Assembly: GCA_043747615.1 (NCBI GenBank)
Contig: JAYTOU010000037.1
Coordinates: 1-64,000, forward strand
From: Myxococcales bacterium
GTDB taxonomy: Bacteria > Myxococcota_A > Polyangia > Polyangiales > Polyangiaceae
Direction of reading: 5' to 3'
Length of the DNA: 64,000 bases
Shown here: one piece after another, positions 28,070 to 38,067 of the stretch
Numbering within the stretch: the stretch's first letter is position 1
How the letters are laid out: the number at the start of each line of letters is the position of its first letter
Made by a program: the position numbers and the translations under genes
The notes under the pieces: model-generated
What the model was told of the DNA's origin: nothing
The model's database searches: none
What the model saw: only the letters and a program-made list of their open reading frames with translations

Positions 28070-29278
28070 ATGGATATTCCGCTAAGAAAGCATTTTAATC
28101 ACGCCTACAAGGACTCGGTCTTTACTGACTACGCGCGCAAGCTCACCGATCGCCTTGGTCCGTTTCCATTTCGGTTGGCGGAGACGCCGCTCTTCATGAC
28201 CCCCGAGCTCCGGGGAAACCTGGCGCGATCCGCGACGGAGATCGTGGCCGCCCTCGCCGAGCCAAAGACGCTTTCCATTCTCAAGAACGCCATTCCCGCG
28301 CGTTACAACGTTCCGGGGATGGACTCCCTCCCCCACTGTGTGCAGGTGGATTTTGCTCTCACCGCTGCGCCAGGTGGGGAGCTCCGCGGACAAGTGGTGG
28401 AGCTCCAGGCATTTCCGTCGCTCTACGTTCTCGAGTCCGACATGAGCGACGCCTGGGCGGAAGTGCTCAATACGCTGCCTGGGCTCGCGGGCGACTGGTC
28501 TTGCTTCTTGGATATCGAAAAAAGAAGAGCACTCGACATCATGCGTCGCACGATCGTCGGCGTCGAAGATCCGGCGGAGGTCGTCCTGGTCGATTTCGAC
28601 CCCGCCAGCCAGAAGACGCTCCCGGATTTCATCGGCACCCAGAAGAAGTTCGGCGTGGATTACGTTTGCGTGACGAAGCTGATCAAGCAGGGGAATAGGC
28701 TATTTCGTGAGAAAGACGGGAAGCTCCTTCGCGTCAGACGCCTCTACAACCGCATGGTGTTCGACGAGCTCGAGGCCAAGAAGGTGACAATCCCATTCGG
28801 CTGGAACGAAGACCTCGACGTCAGCTGGTGCTCTCATCCGAATTGGTACTGGGCGTGGTCCAAGTATTCCCTGCCATATCTCGATCATCCCGCTGTCCCC
28901 AAATCAAGGTTCTTGTCCGAGGTGACGGCGCTCCCCAGCGATCTCGCGGGGTATGTCTTGAAGCCGCTGTTCTCTTTTGCTGGCGCGGGAGTGATCGTCG
29001 ATCTCACCGTCGAGGCGATTGAGGCCATTCCCAAGGACCAACGAGCGAAGTGGGTCCTCCAGGAAAAGGTCGAGTACGCGCCTGCCATCACGATGCCCAC
29101 TGGCGAAGGGGTGAAAGCCGAAGTGCGCGTCATGCTCCTGCGGCCAGAAACGGGAGCGGGCTCGAACGCGCTCGTTCCGCTTCTGTGCTTGGTGCGCCTC
29201 TCACGCGGAAAAATGCTCGGCGTCGATTTTAACCGTGGCCACACCTGGGTCGGCGGCTCCGTCGGCATGTGGCGCTGA
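28070..29278 (+). CDS. ATP-grasp-like ligase (circularly permuted / glutathionylspermidine-synthase-like)
   Basis: QVDFA...VELQAFPS precede YVLKPLFSFAGAGV and WVLQEKV, the order expected for permuted ATP-grasps. Ends RLSRGKMLGV...WVGGS. Confidence 0.72.
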   Translation: MDIPLRKHFNHAYKDSVFTDYARKLTDRLGPFPFRLAETPLFMTPELRGNLARSATEIVAALAEPKTLSILKNAIPARYNVPGMDSLPHCVQVDFALTAAPGGELRGQVVELQAFPSLYVLESDMSDAWAEVLNTLPGLAGDWSCFLDIEKRRALDIMRRTIVGVEDPAEVVLVDFDPASQKTLPDFIGTQKKFGVDYVCVTKLIKQGNRLFREKDGKLLRVRRLYNRMVFDELEAKKVTIPFGWNEDLDVSWCSHPNWYWAWSKYSLPYLDHPAVPKSRFLSEVTALPSDLAGYVLKPLFSFAGAGVIVDLTVEAIEAIPKDQRAKWVLQEKVEYAPAITMPTGEGVKAEVRVMLLRPETGAGSNALVPLLCLVRLSRGKMLGVDFNRGHTWVGGSVGMWR

Positions 29279-29364
29279 CGCTTCAGCGCCTTTCCCGGGC
29301 AGCCGCCGTGTGGCACGCAGTTGATGCGCCTAGCCACGAGGACCGTGGCGCAGTAGCGTCTGAC

Positions 29365-30123
29365 ATGCGTATCGCTCCCGCCGCTTTGCTCGCTTGTTTT
29401 TCCATCACCTTCACAGCGTGCTCGTCGTCCTCGAGTGGGCTCGCGCCGCAGCCCGACGCTTCGGACGGATCCATCGACTCAGACGCCTCGGTCGACGACG
29501 CCAACATTGCGGACACGAGGGCGGAGGCCGCCGCTCCGCTCGCGTGCACCTCGCGCACGTGGTGCATGGACTATTCCGTGAAGGCGTTTCGCGGGACGCC
29601 GCCGGTTGCCGCGGGCGGGGTGATCGCCGAGGGCACGTACCGCCTCGCGTACACGCTCGAGCCGGCGGGCATCGACCCCGATTACCTGACCGAGCAGGCC
29701 GCGCTCCTCTACTTCTCGCAGGGTCGCTTCGAAGCGCCGGGGCAGACGGGTTTCGGCGCGGTCGGGACGTACTCGACATCGACGGGCACCGACGGACCCA
29801 CGCTCGTCCTGCAGGGCACCACGAACTGCCAAACCTTTGGCGCCCAGGGCTCGTCGGCCTCTGGGGCCACGCGGACGTCGCCGTTCAGCGCGACCGCGAC
29901 TCAGCTCACGATCATCGGCACGGTCACCCCGCTCGGACCGGAGGCAGGGGCCCCGTGGAAACGCGCCTACGTCTACTTCAAGAACGATGGGGACGTCTGC
30001 GCGCCGGCGACGAGGGATCCGGCATCCGCGGACGACTCGTTCTTCTGCCGCGTCGCAAACTGCGCGTGCGCCCAGTCGTCGGGCAGTCTGATCACGCCGG
30101 CCTCGTGCCCGTTCATTCACTGA
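29365..30123 (+). CDS. Hypothetical lipoprotein
   Basis: Lipobox FTAC, Ser/Asp linker, Cys-containing beta-rich domain. Confidence 0.7.
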   Translation: MRIAPAALLACFSITFTACSSSSSGLAPQPDASDGSIDSDASVDDANIADTRAEAAAPLACTSRTWCMDYSVKAFRGTPPVAAGGVIAEGTYRLAYTLEPAGIDPDYLTEQAALLYFSQGRFEAPGQTGFGAVGTYSTSTGTDGPTLVLQGTTNCQTFGAQGSSASGATRTSPFSATATQLTIIGTVTPLGPEAGAPWKRAYVYFKNDGDVCAPATRDPASADDSFFCRVANCACAQSSGSLITPASCPFIH

Positions 30124-30324
30124 CCGAACGCGAGCCCGTCATCGACACGACACGGGGCACGCATCGCCGGCTCGCCGACGAGGTGGACTTCAATGTGCAA
30201 CGTGCGATCGCGGCGGTGATCGCGAACCGGCGACGTTCGACGCAGCCCATCAAGGATCAAGTCGCACCGGACCTCGACGTTGCGCATTGTGCAAAGGAAG
30301 AAGCGGGTAGAACATCGCCGCACG

Positions 30325-31368
30325 ATGCCCACCAAAGCCTATGCCGCCACCAGCGCCACGTCCCCCCTTGGTCCCTTCTCCATCGAGCGCCGCGAGCCGC
30401 GCGCCAATGACGTCGAGATCGAGATTCTGTACAGCGGAGTTTGCCACTCCGATCTCCATCAAGCGCGAAACGAGTGGGGCGGCTCGCGCTACCCCATGGT
30501 TCCCGGCCACGAGATCGTCGGCAAGGTCACGCGGGTCGGCGCAGAAGTAACACGTTTCAAGATCGGCGACCGCGCGGGCGTTGGTTGTCTAATCGATTCT
30601 TGTCGGGAGTGTGCGTCCTGCAAAGCCGGCCTCGAGCAGTATTGCGAGAACGGAATGACGGGCACGTACAACACACTTGAGCGCGATGGAAAAACGATGG
30701 CATTCGGCGGGTACTCCGAGCGCATCGTCACGCGCGAAGAGTTCGTCCTCTCCATCTCCGAGCGTCTCGACCTTCCCCGCACGGCGCCGCTCCTCTGCGC
30801 TGGAATCACGACGTACTCGCCGCTCCGCCAGGCCAACGTCGGCAAGGGACAACGCGTCGGTGTCGTGGGCCTCGGCGGTCTTGGCCACATGGCGGTCAAG
30901 TTCGCGCGCGCGTTCGGTGCCGAGGTCACGGTCTTCACGACGTCGGAGAAGAAGCGCGCGGATGCGCTCGCGCTAGGAGCGCACGAGGTCACCCTGTCGA
31001 CCGACGCCGCCGCGATGACCGCCCAAGCCGGCCGGTTCGACTTCATCATCGACACCGTCTCCGCGCCGCACGACTACAACGCGCTCATCAACGCTCTGCG
31101 GCGTGACGGCCGGATGACCCTCGTTGGCGCCCCTCCGGTGCCCGCCGCAATCATGGGCTTCGGTTTGATCATGCAGCGGCGATCGATCGGTGGTTCGCTC
31201 ATCGGCGGCCTCCCCGAAACGCAGGAGATGCTCGATTTCTGCGCGAAGCACGAGATCGTCAGCGACGTCGAAGTGATCCCGGTGCAGAAGATCAACGAAG
31301 CGTATGAGCGGATGCTCAAGGGCGACGTGAAGTACCGCTTCGTGATCGATATCGCGTCGCTGCGCTAG
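30325..31368 (+). CDS. Zn-dependent NADPH alcohol dehydrogenase (cinnamyl-alcohol DH/YahK type)
   Basis: GVCHSD, GHEIVG, CxxCxxCx7C structural zinc site, PLLCAGITTY, GLGGLG, YRFVID. Confidence 0.96.
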   Translation: MPTKAYAATSATSPLGPFSIERREPRANDVEIEILYSGVCHSDLHQARNEWGGSRYPMVPGHEIVGKVTRVGAEVTRFKIGDRAGVGCLIDSCRECASCKAGLEQYCENGMTGTYNTLERDGKTMAFGGYSERIVTREEFVLSISERLDLPRTAPLLCAGITTYSPLRQANVGKGQRVGVVGLGGLGHMAVKFARAFGAEVTVFTTSEKKRADALALGAHEVTLSTDAAAMTAQAGRFDFIIDTVSAPHDYNALINALRRDGRMTLVGAPPVPAAIMGFGLIMQRRSIGGSLIGGLPETQEMLDFCAKHEIVSDVEVIPVQKINEAYERMLKGDVKYRFVIDIASLR

Positions 31369-31369
31369 G

Positions 31370-31648
31370 TCAGTCGCGCGGTCGGCGCGAGATGAAACCC
31401 ACGACGGCAACGAACACCGTCGAGCCGATGATCGACCAGACGATCGGAAACCGCGTGCCCCCGACGGTGAAGGTCAGCCACTCGGGAAGGCCGACGTAAT
31501 GCGCAATCCATGGTCCAATCATGGCGCCGATGAATCCGAGCGCGACGCTCGCGATGCATCCGCCTCGCGTAAATCCAGCAATCGACTGCCCGATGCCACC
31601 GCACACGCCGGCGACGCACAGTAAGACCAAAAGCTCGACGATCGTCAT
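31370..31648 (-). CDS. GlsB/YeaQ/YmgE family membrane protein
   Basis: Three hydrophobic helices, GFIGAMIG, WSIIGS. GGAG RBS. Confidence 0.85.
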   Translation of the reverse strand: MTIVELLVLLCVAGVCGGIGQSIAGFTRGGCIASVALGFIGAMIGPWIAHYVGLPEWLTFTVGGTRFPIVWSIIGSTVFVAVVGFISRRPRD

Positions 31649-31786
31649 ATGCACTCCATCGAGGCAAAGTAGCTGATTGTCGAGGCTCAGGGAACGCTTG
31701 CACTACGTCTCTCGGATGAGCCGTCACTCTCGCGGTCGCGTCGAGTCGTTGCGACGGCGTACCCGGACGTAGGCTAGTATAGTGGG

Positions 31787-33073
31787 ATGGATTCCGTGGT
31801 GGCCCGCGAAGCGATCAGCTCGACGGCTCCGAAACCGAGAATCCTCCTCGTCGACGATCGCAGAGCGAACCTCGTTGCGCTAGAAGCGATCCTCGATGAG
31901 CCCGATCGCGAGCTGGTCTCCGTCGGCTCGGGGGCGGAGGCCCTTCGAGAGCTCGAGAAAAACGACTTTGCCCTCGTCGTACTGGACGTCCAGATGCCCA
32001 TCATGGATGGCTTCGAGGTCGCCGAGCGAATCAAGGCTATCGACCGAGCTCGGCATGTTCCGATCATCTTCGTGACGGCCATCAGTCACGGCGCTGCGCA
32101 CATCGCGCAAGCCTACGAGCGAGGCGCCGTGGACTTCATCGGGAAGCCATTCGCGGCCGAGACGATGCGCGCGAAGGTGAGCGTGTTCGTCGATCTCTAT
32201 GTCGCGAAGGTGGAGATGCTTCGGCGCGAGACCGCGGTGCACGACGCGGAGCGTGGGCAGCTCGTCGCGCGAGAGCACCAGACGCGGGTCGAGGCCGATC
32301 ACCTCGCGACGACCCTGAAAGTGGCAGACCGTCTGAAGCAGGAATTCTTGTCGACGCTCAGCCACGAGCTCCGCGCACCGCTGAACGCCATCCTCGCGTG
32401 GACGCGGATGCTGCGAGACGGATCCATCATCGGCGAGCCTCAGCGCGCCCGCGCTCTCGAGAAGGTGGAACGCAACGCGGCCGCTCAGCTCGATCTCGTC
32501 GAAGGAATGCTCGACATCAGCTGCATCGCGGGAGGAGAGCTTACGCTCGATTTCGAGTCCGTCGACCTCCTGAGCATCGTCGAGCTGGCGGTGGAGACCG
32601 TGAGACCTTCCGCCGTCGAAAAAAAAATCCACCTGCACGCGGCCCTCGAGCGGAACGTGGCTCCCCTTCGCGGCGACCCGCAGCGTCTTCGTCAAATCGT
32701 TCTTCAGCTTCTGACCAACGCCGTGAAATTCACCTCGGGCGACGGAGGAGTGATCACCGTATCTCTCTGCAACGACGGCCCCGTGGTGGAGATCGCGATC
32801 GAGGACACCGGAGCCGGAATCGACGCCGCGCTGTTGCCAGGTCTGTTCGCGCCGCTCGCGTGGCGAGGCGTCGGAGCGCGGCGCGCCGAAGGTGGTCTCG
32901 GAGTCGGATTGACCATCGTCCATCACCTCGTCGAGCTGCACGAGGGCACCGTCCACGCGGAGAGCGCCGGGCGCGGACGAGGGTCTCGCTTCGTGGTGAA
33001 GCTGCCCTCACAAGGGCCGCAGGCGCGAAAAACGGACGAGCGTCAGTCCCGCTCGCCGCCCACCTTGGTTTGA
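31787..33073 (+). CDS. Hybrid response regulator-histidine kinase
   Basis: REC (LLVDD, LDVQMP, FVTA, GKPF), SHELRAPL, LLTNAVKF, DTGAGI, GGLGVGL. Confidence 0.93.
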   Translation: MDSVVAREAISSTAPKPRILLVDDRRANLVALEAILDEPDRELVSVGSGAEALRELEKNDFALVVLDVQMPIMDGFEVAERIKAIDRARHVPIIFVTAISHGAAHIAQAYERGAVDFIGKPFAAETMRAKVSVFVDLYVAKVEMLRRETAVHDAERGQLVAREHQTRVEADHLATTLKVADRLKQEFLSTLSHELRAPLNAILAWTRMLRDGSIIGEPQRARALEKVERNAAAQLDLVEGMLDISCIAGGELTLDFESVDLLSIVELAVETVRPSAVEKKIHLHAALERNVAPLRGDPQRLRQIVLQLLTNAVKFTSGDGGVITVSLCNDGPVVEIAIEDTGAGIDAALLPGLFAPLAWRGVGARRAEGGLGVGLTIVHHLVELHEGTVHAESAGRGRGSRFVVKLPSQGPQARKTDERQSRSPPTLV

Positions 33074-35328
33074 ACCACCGTCGCCCGGAGAAGGTCGGCA
33101 AGGATGTCGCGCGCACTTCGTACCGGCGGGAGCGGCGCTAGCTCACCGACGAGGGGCCAGACGGCGTCGCGAATATCGTGGGGGAGGATGGTCTGCAAGT
33201 ACTCGAGCGCGGTGCCGCGATGTCGGACGTCGGGGTGATGCAGGGCGCGGTACGCCATCCGCAAAGGCTCGCGATCGAGATGCAGCGCAAGGATCGTGAA
33301 GACGTGCTCGAGGGTCCGGTCGACGCGATCGCGCGCGAGAAGATCGTCCACCAAGGCGCTCGCACCTTCGAGCTCACTGGGATCGTCTTCGAACTCGAGC
33401 GGGGCCGCGCCGGGCGCTTTCCGGTCAACTTCGATGAGGATCGCTTGAACGATTTTTTGGCGCGAGATCACTATCCGCGCGTTCGCGTCGGACATCTTCA
33501 TGAGGGCCCGGCCGCACGCGTAGCGCACCTCGAATCGCTCGTCGGTGACCCCGAGCAGAAGTCCATCTGCAGCGCGCTGTGACGTGCACGCCGAGAGGGC
33601 GAGGGGGATCCTTCGGCGCACGACGAAGTCCATGGTGGGATCGAGGAGAGCGTCGATGAGCTGCCCCGTCATGACTGGCGCTGCGCGGCAGAGCGCCGCG
33701 AGGGCTTCCGTGTGCAGATGTTTGTGGGCGAGAAGCAAGATCAGGAACGCGGTGACGGGTGTCGTCGTCTCGAGCGGCAGATTGCGTAAGGTCACGGCCG
33801 TGGCCTCCACGTCTCCGAAGAGCAGCTCGCGTCCGTCGGGGAGCGCTTGCGGATCCCTCAGCGCATCGAACGCCGGTCCCGCGCCGTGACCCCCCGGAAG
33901 CGCCGGCATTTCGATCACGCCGATCTCGATCGGGCTTCCTCCGGAAGGCGCGAAGAACGCGTGACGTGGTCGCAGCAGCTCCACGCGCTGAATGAGATTG
34001 TCTCTCTCCGCGGACTCGTCGGTCTCTTCTGCCGAACGACCCACGTGCGCGAGCGATGGAAGATCGAGCTTCTGCGCGCCGTCGCGAAGACCGGTCTCGA
34101 GCGCGGTGACGTACCCGAAGTGCAGCGCGCGCGTCACCGGTAGCGTCAAAAGGGCGAGCACGACCGCTCCGCCGAGGATGTAGATCTGGGTGTGGCGCTC
34201 GGACACGGCGAGCACCATCATCGTGATCAAGGCTCCGGCGACGGTGCCCAGGCGATCGAACCCGACATCAATCAGCGCCTTTACCGAACGCTTCTGGGCT
34301 TCCGAGAGAGGCGTGTAGAGGAGCTCATACGCGGAGCGGTAAAGCGTGTTGCGCTCGACGGCCTCTGCTCCACGGAGGACGGCGGTGGTGAAGAGACCGG
34401 GCACCGCGAGGCCGCAGGCGCCTCCCATGATGATGACTCCCGGCAAGATGGCGATGTTCACCACGAGCCCGAGCTTCTCGAGAGCCCGCCGGCCGAGCGT
34501 CAGTTGCACGACCAGCGAGATCGTGGCGACCATCAGCCAGAAGAGCGAAAAAAACGAAAGGAGCGGCGCGCCCTTCCCGAAAACCGCGGACGCTTGAACG
34601 CTGAAGAGGTAGTCGAGGAGCGAAGACGTGGCTGCGCCGAGGGCGACGAGCAGCGCGAGGTTTCGCAGAAACGGTTGGCGGCCGAGCATGCGAAGTACAG
34701 GGATCCTCTGTGGAGTCGGATCCGCGAAGATGCTCAACCTCGACGATCTGCCGGCGATGGCGGGCGTCCCCGCTCGGATGAAGAGTGTTCCTGCCAAGCA
34801 GGCCACGTGCAGCGCAGCGAGCACGAGAAGCATCGTGGGAAGAGCAACCAGGGTGGCGATGCGCCACGCCATGAGACCCCCGAGGACTCCGCCGATCGTT
34901 CCGCCCCCTGCAATCCGGGCGACTGCACGCTTCGCGTTGTGGGGGTCGAAGCGCTCGTTGATGAGAGACCAGAACGCGGTCATCACCACCGGCCCCACGA
35001 GCGCCGTGTGCAAGTAAAAGGTAATGGCGGTACCGGCTGGCGAAGTGAATCCGAGCACCCACTCGAGAACCAGGCCACCCGCACTTCCACCGAAAAAAAT
35101 TGGGAGGAGCGACGCGGGGGAATGACGCACCATCAGACGAGACAGCGACAGCACGGCAACGAGGGAGAGCGCCGCTGCAGTGGCCATCACGCTCGGCAGA
35201 GCCGTGGCGGGAAACGTCGTAAGGAAAAGCGCGTCCCGCGCCGCTTTCCCAGCAACCTGGTGCGCGATCATCGCAGCCGAGGTGAACGCCGCCGCGCGCG
35301 TTCCGTCGACCAGTTTCAGGGGTGGCAC
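33043..35328 (-). CDS. Npt1/Npt2 (TLC) nucleotide-transporter-like protein with HEAT repeats
   Basis: KAARDALFL, FWSLINERFD..AKR, LLDYLF, ELLYTPL, KALIDVGFDRLG, then HEAT repeats. Start uncertain. Confidence 0.85.
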   Translation of the reverse strand: MPPLKLVDGTRAAAFTSAAMIAHQVAGKAARDALFLTTFPATALPSVMATAAALSLVAVLSLSRLMVRHSPASLLPIFFGGSAGGLVLEWVLGFTSPAGTAITFYLHTALVGPVVMTAFWSLINERFDPHNAKRAVARIAGGGTIGGVLGGLMAWRIATLVALPTMLLVLAALHVACLAGTLFIRAGTPAIAGRSSRLSIFADPTPQRIPVLRMLGRQPFLRNLALLVALGAATSSLLDYLFSVQASAVFGKGAPLLSFFSLFWLMVATISLVVQLTLGRRALEKLGLVVNIAILPGVIIMGGACGLAVPGLFTTAVLRGAEAVERNTLYRSAYELLYTPLSEAQKRSVKALIDVGFDRLGTVAGALITMMVLAVSERHTQIYILGGAVVLALLTLPVTRALHFGYVTALETGLRDGAQKLDLPSLAHVGRSAEETDESAERDNLIQRVELLRPRHAFFAPSGGSPIEIGVIEMPALPGGHGAGPAFDALRDPQALPDGRELLFGDVEATAVTLRNLPLETTTPVTAFLILLLAHKHLHTEALAALCRAAPVMTGQLIDALLDPTMDFVVRRRIPLALSACTSQRAADGLLLGVTDERFEVRYACGRALMKMSDANARIVISRQKIVQAILIEVDRKAPGAAPLEFEDDPSELEGASALVDDLLARDRVDRTLEHVFTILALHLDREPLRMAYRALHHPDVRHRGTALEYLQTILPHDIRDAVWPLVGELAPLPPVRSARDILADLLRATVVQTKVGGERD

Positions 35329-35564
35329 GACGACAAAATGGTAACGGAGCAGGGTGCAGAAAGCGAAGGAGAAAGGGAGGCCGAGCGGCCCAGAAGACCT
35401 CGGCTCCACGCACGAGCTTCTGGCAGATCGCGAGCGCGCAGCCTGCGCAGGGCACGCCCGTCTGCATTCCCGGAACTCAGGACCTGCGAATGGGCGGACG
35501 GTCATGGAGGCATCGAGGCAACGCGCGGAACAGTACCGAATCGTGTCCCAGGCTCGCGCTCACA

Positions 35565-36401
35565 TCACGCTGGCTCGGATAGGCCGAGCACGCGCCCGCC
35601 GAGCCCGACACAGGGACCGAGGCGTACTTGGCAGCGCTCGCAGACGTAGATGGTCCGGTTCGCGAGGAGGATGCGTGTGACGGCGCCGGCGCAGCCACGG
35701 CATTCGCGGCGGGCGTAGACGTGAAGGGCCTCGCTTCGCTTGAGACGCTTCTTCGTTGGAGCGTCGACCGTGACGATGCGCTTCTCCTTCACGCCACGCG
35801 CGAGGAGCGAGCGTGTGAGGTCCCAAAGCTTGTCGAAGGTCGCGCGATCGAGATGACGGGCGGGTGTTTCGGGATGGATGCCGAGAAGGTAGAGGATCTC
35901 GGCGCGGTACACGTTGCCGATGCCAGCCACGACGCGTTGATCGAGGAGCACCGCGCCGATCGCGCGCTTCGTCGCATGGACGACCTGCCACGCCTTTTCG
36001 ACGTCGGCCGTTGCCGCGAGCGGATCGGCGCCGAGCCGTGCCAGGAGCGTGCGCTTCGCGGCGGGGCTGAGGAGCTCGCAGCACGTCGGACCGGCGAGGT
36101 CCCAGGTGACGTGGTCGCCAACCAGCCGAAGCCGCGTCGTCGGTCGCGGGCTGCGCGCTGCGGCTTCGCCAACGTGGCGTCGAAACTTCCCGAACAGTCC
36201 GAGGTGGATGTGCACGACGCGTCCCCCCGCGAACCGGATGAAAAGATGTTTCCCGATGGCCTCGGTGCCACGCAGAACGCGCCCGTCGAGCTTGGGGGCG
36301 TCGAGGAAGCGCCCCTGGGGCGTGGACACCGCGACGCGCTGGCCTCCGAGATCGCGCCCGATGTCCTGCGCGAGGCGATGGATGGTGTGTCCCTCAGGCA
36401 T
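35565..36401 (-). CDS. Fpg/Nei family DNA glycosylase (endonuclease VIII-like)
   Basis: MPEGHT, GKHLF, HLGLFG, LLDQRVVAGIGNVYRAE, zinc finger CRGC...CERCQ. Confidence 0.95.
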   Translation of the reverse strand: MPEGHTIHRLAQDIGRDLGGQRVAVSTPQGRFLDAPKLDGRVLRGTEAIGKHLFIRFAGGRVVHIHLGLFGKFRRHVGEAAARSPRPTTRLRLVGDHVTWDLAGPTCCELLSPAAKRTLLARLGADPLAATADVEKAWQVVHATKRAIGAVLLDQRVVAGIGNVYRAEILYLLGIHPETPARHLDRATFDKLWDLTRSLLARGVKEKRIVTVDAPTKKRLKRSEALHVYARRECRGCAGAVTRILLANRTIYVCERCQVRLGPCVGLGGRVLGLSEPA

Positions 36402-38067
36402 CGCGGCGGTTCGGTTCGCGCGACCGTTGCTCCGGCACGAGCTCCTCGCCGCGTGCGAGCGCGGCCCGGGTGCGCTCGAACACTTCGGCGTCGGAGCGTT
36501 TCTTCTCCGGCGCTCGGCGGGCCTCGGACGCCATCGGGAGCTTCATCCGGTCGACTCCCTGGAGCACGTCGCGATGGCGGCCGAGGAATGCCCAATACAT
36601 GGGGGTGAGAGGGCACGTCGTCTTCGGGTCGAACCGGCAGCCGCCGCAGTAGTTGCTCATCTTGTCGATGTACGCCGAGCCCGCGACGTAAGGCTTGGTG
36701 GTCAGCAAGTCGCCCACTCCGAACGTGCTCATCCCGTGGACGTTCGGTTCGACGACCCAGTCATAGGCATCGACGTACGCTGCCCAGAACCAGTCGGTGA
36801 GCGCGCGCGGAGTCACGTCGAGTAGCATCGCGATGTTGGACAGCACCATGAGCCGCGTAATGTGGTGGCTGTAGCCTTCGTCCCAGACGCCCTGAACGAC
36901 GTCGTCGAGGCAGCGGAGGCCGGATGTCACTCCCCAGTACACGGGCGGCACATCTCCCTTGGAGCCGAGCACCGACGTGAGCGAGCCTCCGTCGCCGCCC
37001 GCACGGTTCGCGTCTGCCCACGGTTCGCCTCGCCATCCGCCGTAGCCTCCGTCGCCCGGCGTTTCCGCGCGCGGCTGTGAGGCGCCGCGAATGACTCGGA
37101 ACCCGTCGGTGGCTTCGTGCACGTGCCGCATGTACTCGCGCCAACCCAGGATCTGGCGCACGAATCCCTCCTGGCTCGCGAGCGGCAAATCCATCGCGAG
37201 CACGTCGGCGAGGACGCGCTTGGCAGAGAGGCGCTGTAGATTCAGCAGCGGCGAGATCATGGTGTGAAAAAGGTAGCGCTCTCCAGCCGCCATCGCGTCC
37301 TCGTACGGCCCGAAGCTCGCGAGGCATTCAGACTTCGCCCATGTCCACGCGCGCTCGGCGTCAGCTGCGGTCGTCGGCAGCGCTTCGGGGGTGAGCGTTC
37401 CTGGGTGACGCGCGAATTGCGCGAGGACGAGATCGCACACCTCGCGCGTCACGTCGTCGACGGCGAAGGTCGGGCGCGTGGGCGCAGCGGGCTCGCCGCT
37501 CCACTTGCTTCGGTTGTCGGCATCGAAGCTCCATCGCCCGCCGACAGGCTTTTCGTTCTTCATCAGGACGCCGAGCTTCTTCCGCACGTGCCGGTAGAAC
37601 GCGTCCATGCGCCACGCGCGATCGCCCACGGCAGCGCGAAAGTCATCGCTGGTCGTAAGCCAACCTTCGTGAGGCAGCACCGTAATTTGGCCCGTATCGA
37701 CGAGCGGCGTCAGCTCGGTGCGAAGCTCGCGCTCGGCTGCACGCATCATCGAGACCGGCCCTACGGCCTCGAGCGCTGCGCGGTAGCTCGGCGCAACCAG
37801 GTGACGAACGACGACGCCGCGCTCGGCTTGCTCGAGAGCAAAGTGCCGGAGGTTCGACAGAACGAGCGCGAGCTTTTGCCGGTGATACGGCCGGCAGGCC
37901 GCTTTCTCGGGACACTCGACGAGCACGATTCCGAGCTCGCGCGGCGGCGTCGTCGCGATCGGTCCCAGCTCGCCAGAGAGCTGATCGTAAGGGACGAAAA
38001 GCCATCGGCGCCCCGTCGCATCGGCACCGCGAAGCCGTTCCTCGAGCTTACGTGAGAAGACACTCAT
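36394..38067 (-). CDS. Cryptochrome/photolyase family protein, FeS-BCP (PhrB/CryB) class
   Basis: YDQL, HRQKL, WRMDAFYR, WSFDADNR, FGPYEDAM, EGFVRQILGWREY, HHITRLMV, DAYDWV, KPYVAGSAYIDKMSNYCGGC...CP, plus LRCL (four Cys). Confidence 0.93.
   Translation of the reverse strand: MSVFSRKLEERLRGADATGRRWLFVPYDQLSGELGPIATTPPRELGIVLVECPEKAACRPYHRQKLALVLSNLRHFALEQAERGVVVRHLVAPSYRAALEAVGPVSMMRAAERELRTELTPLVDTGQITVLPHEGWLTTSDDFRAAVGDRAWRMDAFYRHVRKKLGVLMKNEKPVGGRWSFDADNRSKWSGEPAAPTRPTFAVDDVTREVCDLVLAQFARHPGTLTPEALPTTAADAERAWTWAKSECLASFGPYEDAMAAGERYLFHTMISPLLNLQRLSAKRVLADVLAMDLPLASQEGFVRQILGWREYMRHVHEATDGFRVIRGASQPRAETPGDGGYGGWRGEPWADANRAGGDGGSLTSVLGSKGDVPPVYWGVTSGLRCLDDVVQGVWDEGYSHHITRLMVLSNIAMLLDVTPRALTDWFWAAYVDAYDWVVEPNVHGMSTFGVGDLLTTKPYVAGSAYIDKMSNYCGGCRFDPKTTCPLTPMYWAFLGRHRDVLQGVDRMKLPMASEARRAPEKKRSDAEVFERTRAALARGEELVPEQRSREPNRRDA

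Noticed and set aside
29311..29326. TGGCACGCAGTTGAT as a sigma54 promoter
   Set aside because: The GG-N10-GC spacing is not met and the -12 GC is absent.
30124..30324. Intergenic stretches with coding-like composition (also 35330-35560 and 46560-46765)
   Set aside because: No start/RBS or recognisable motif. They could be gene remnants, but I cannot support that without a search.
35398..35409. 12-bp match (CCTCGGCTCCAC) to the tRNA-Ala 3' end (88-99), a possible attR of an island
   Set aside because: Short and GC-rich. There is no integrase or mobility gene between the two sites, and the intervening genes look like ordinary myxobacterial chromosome.
34192..35649. Long antisense or alternative-frame ORFs (for example 34192..35649, 56454..58028, 6553..7917, 49676..50908)
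   Set aside because: These are shadow ORFs typical of high-GC coding DNA. They have no motifs and lie opposite well-supported genes.
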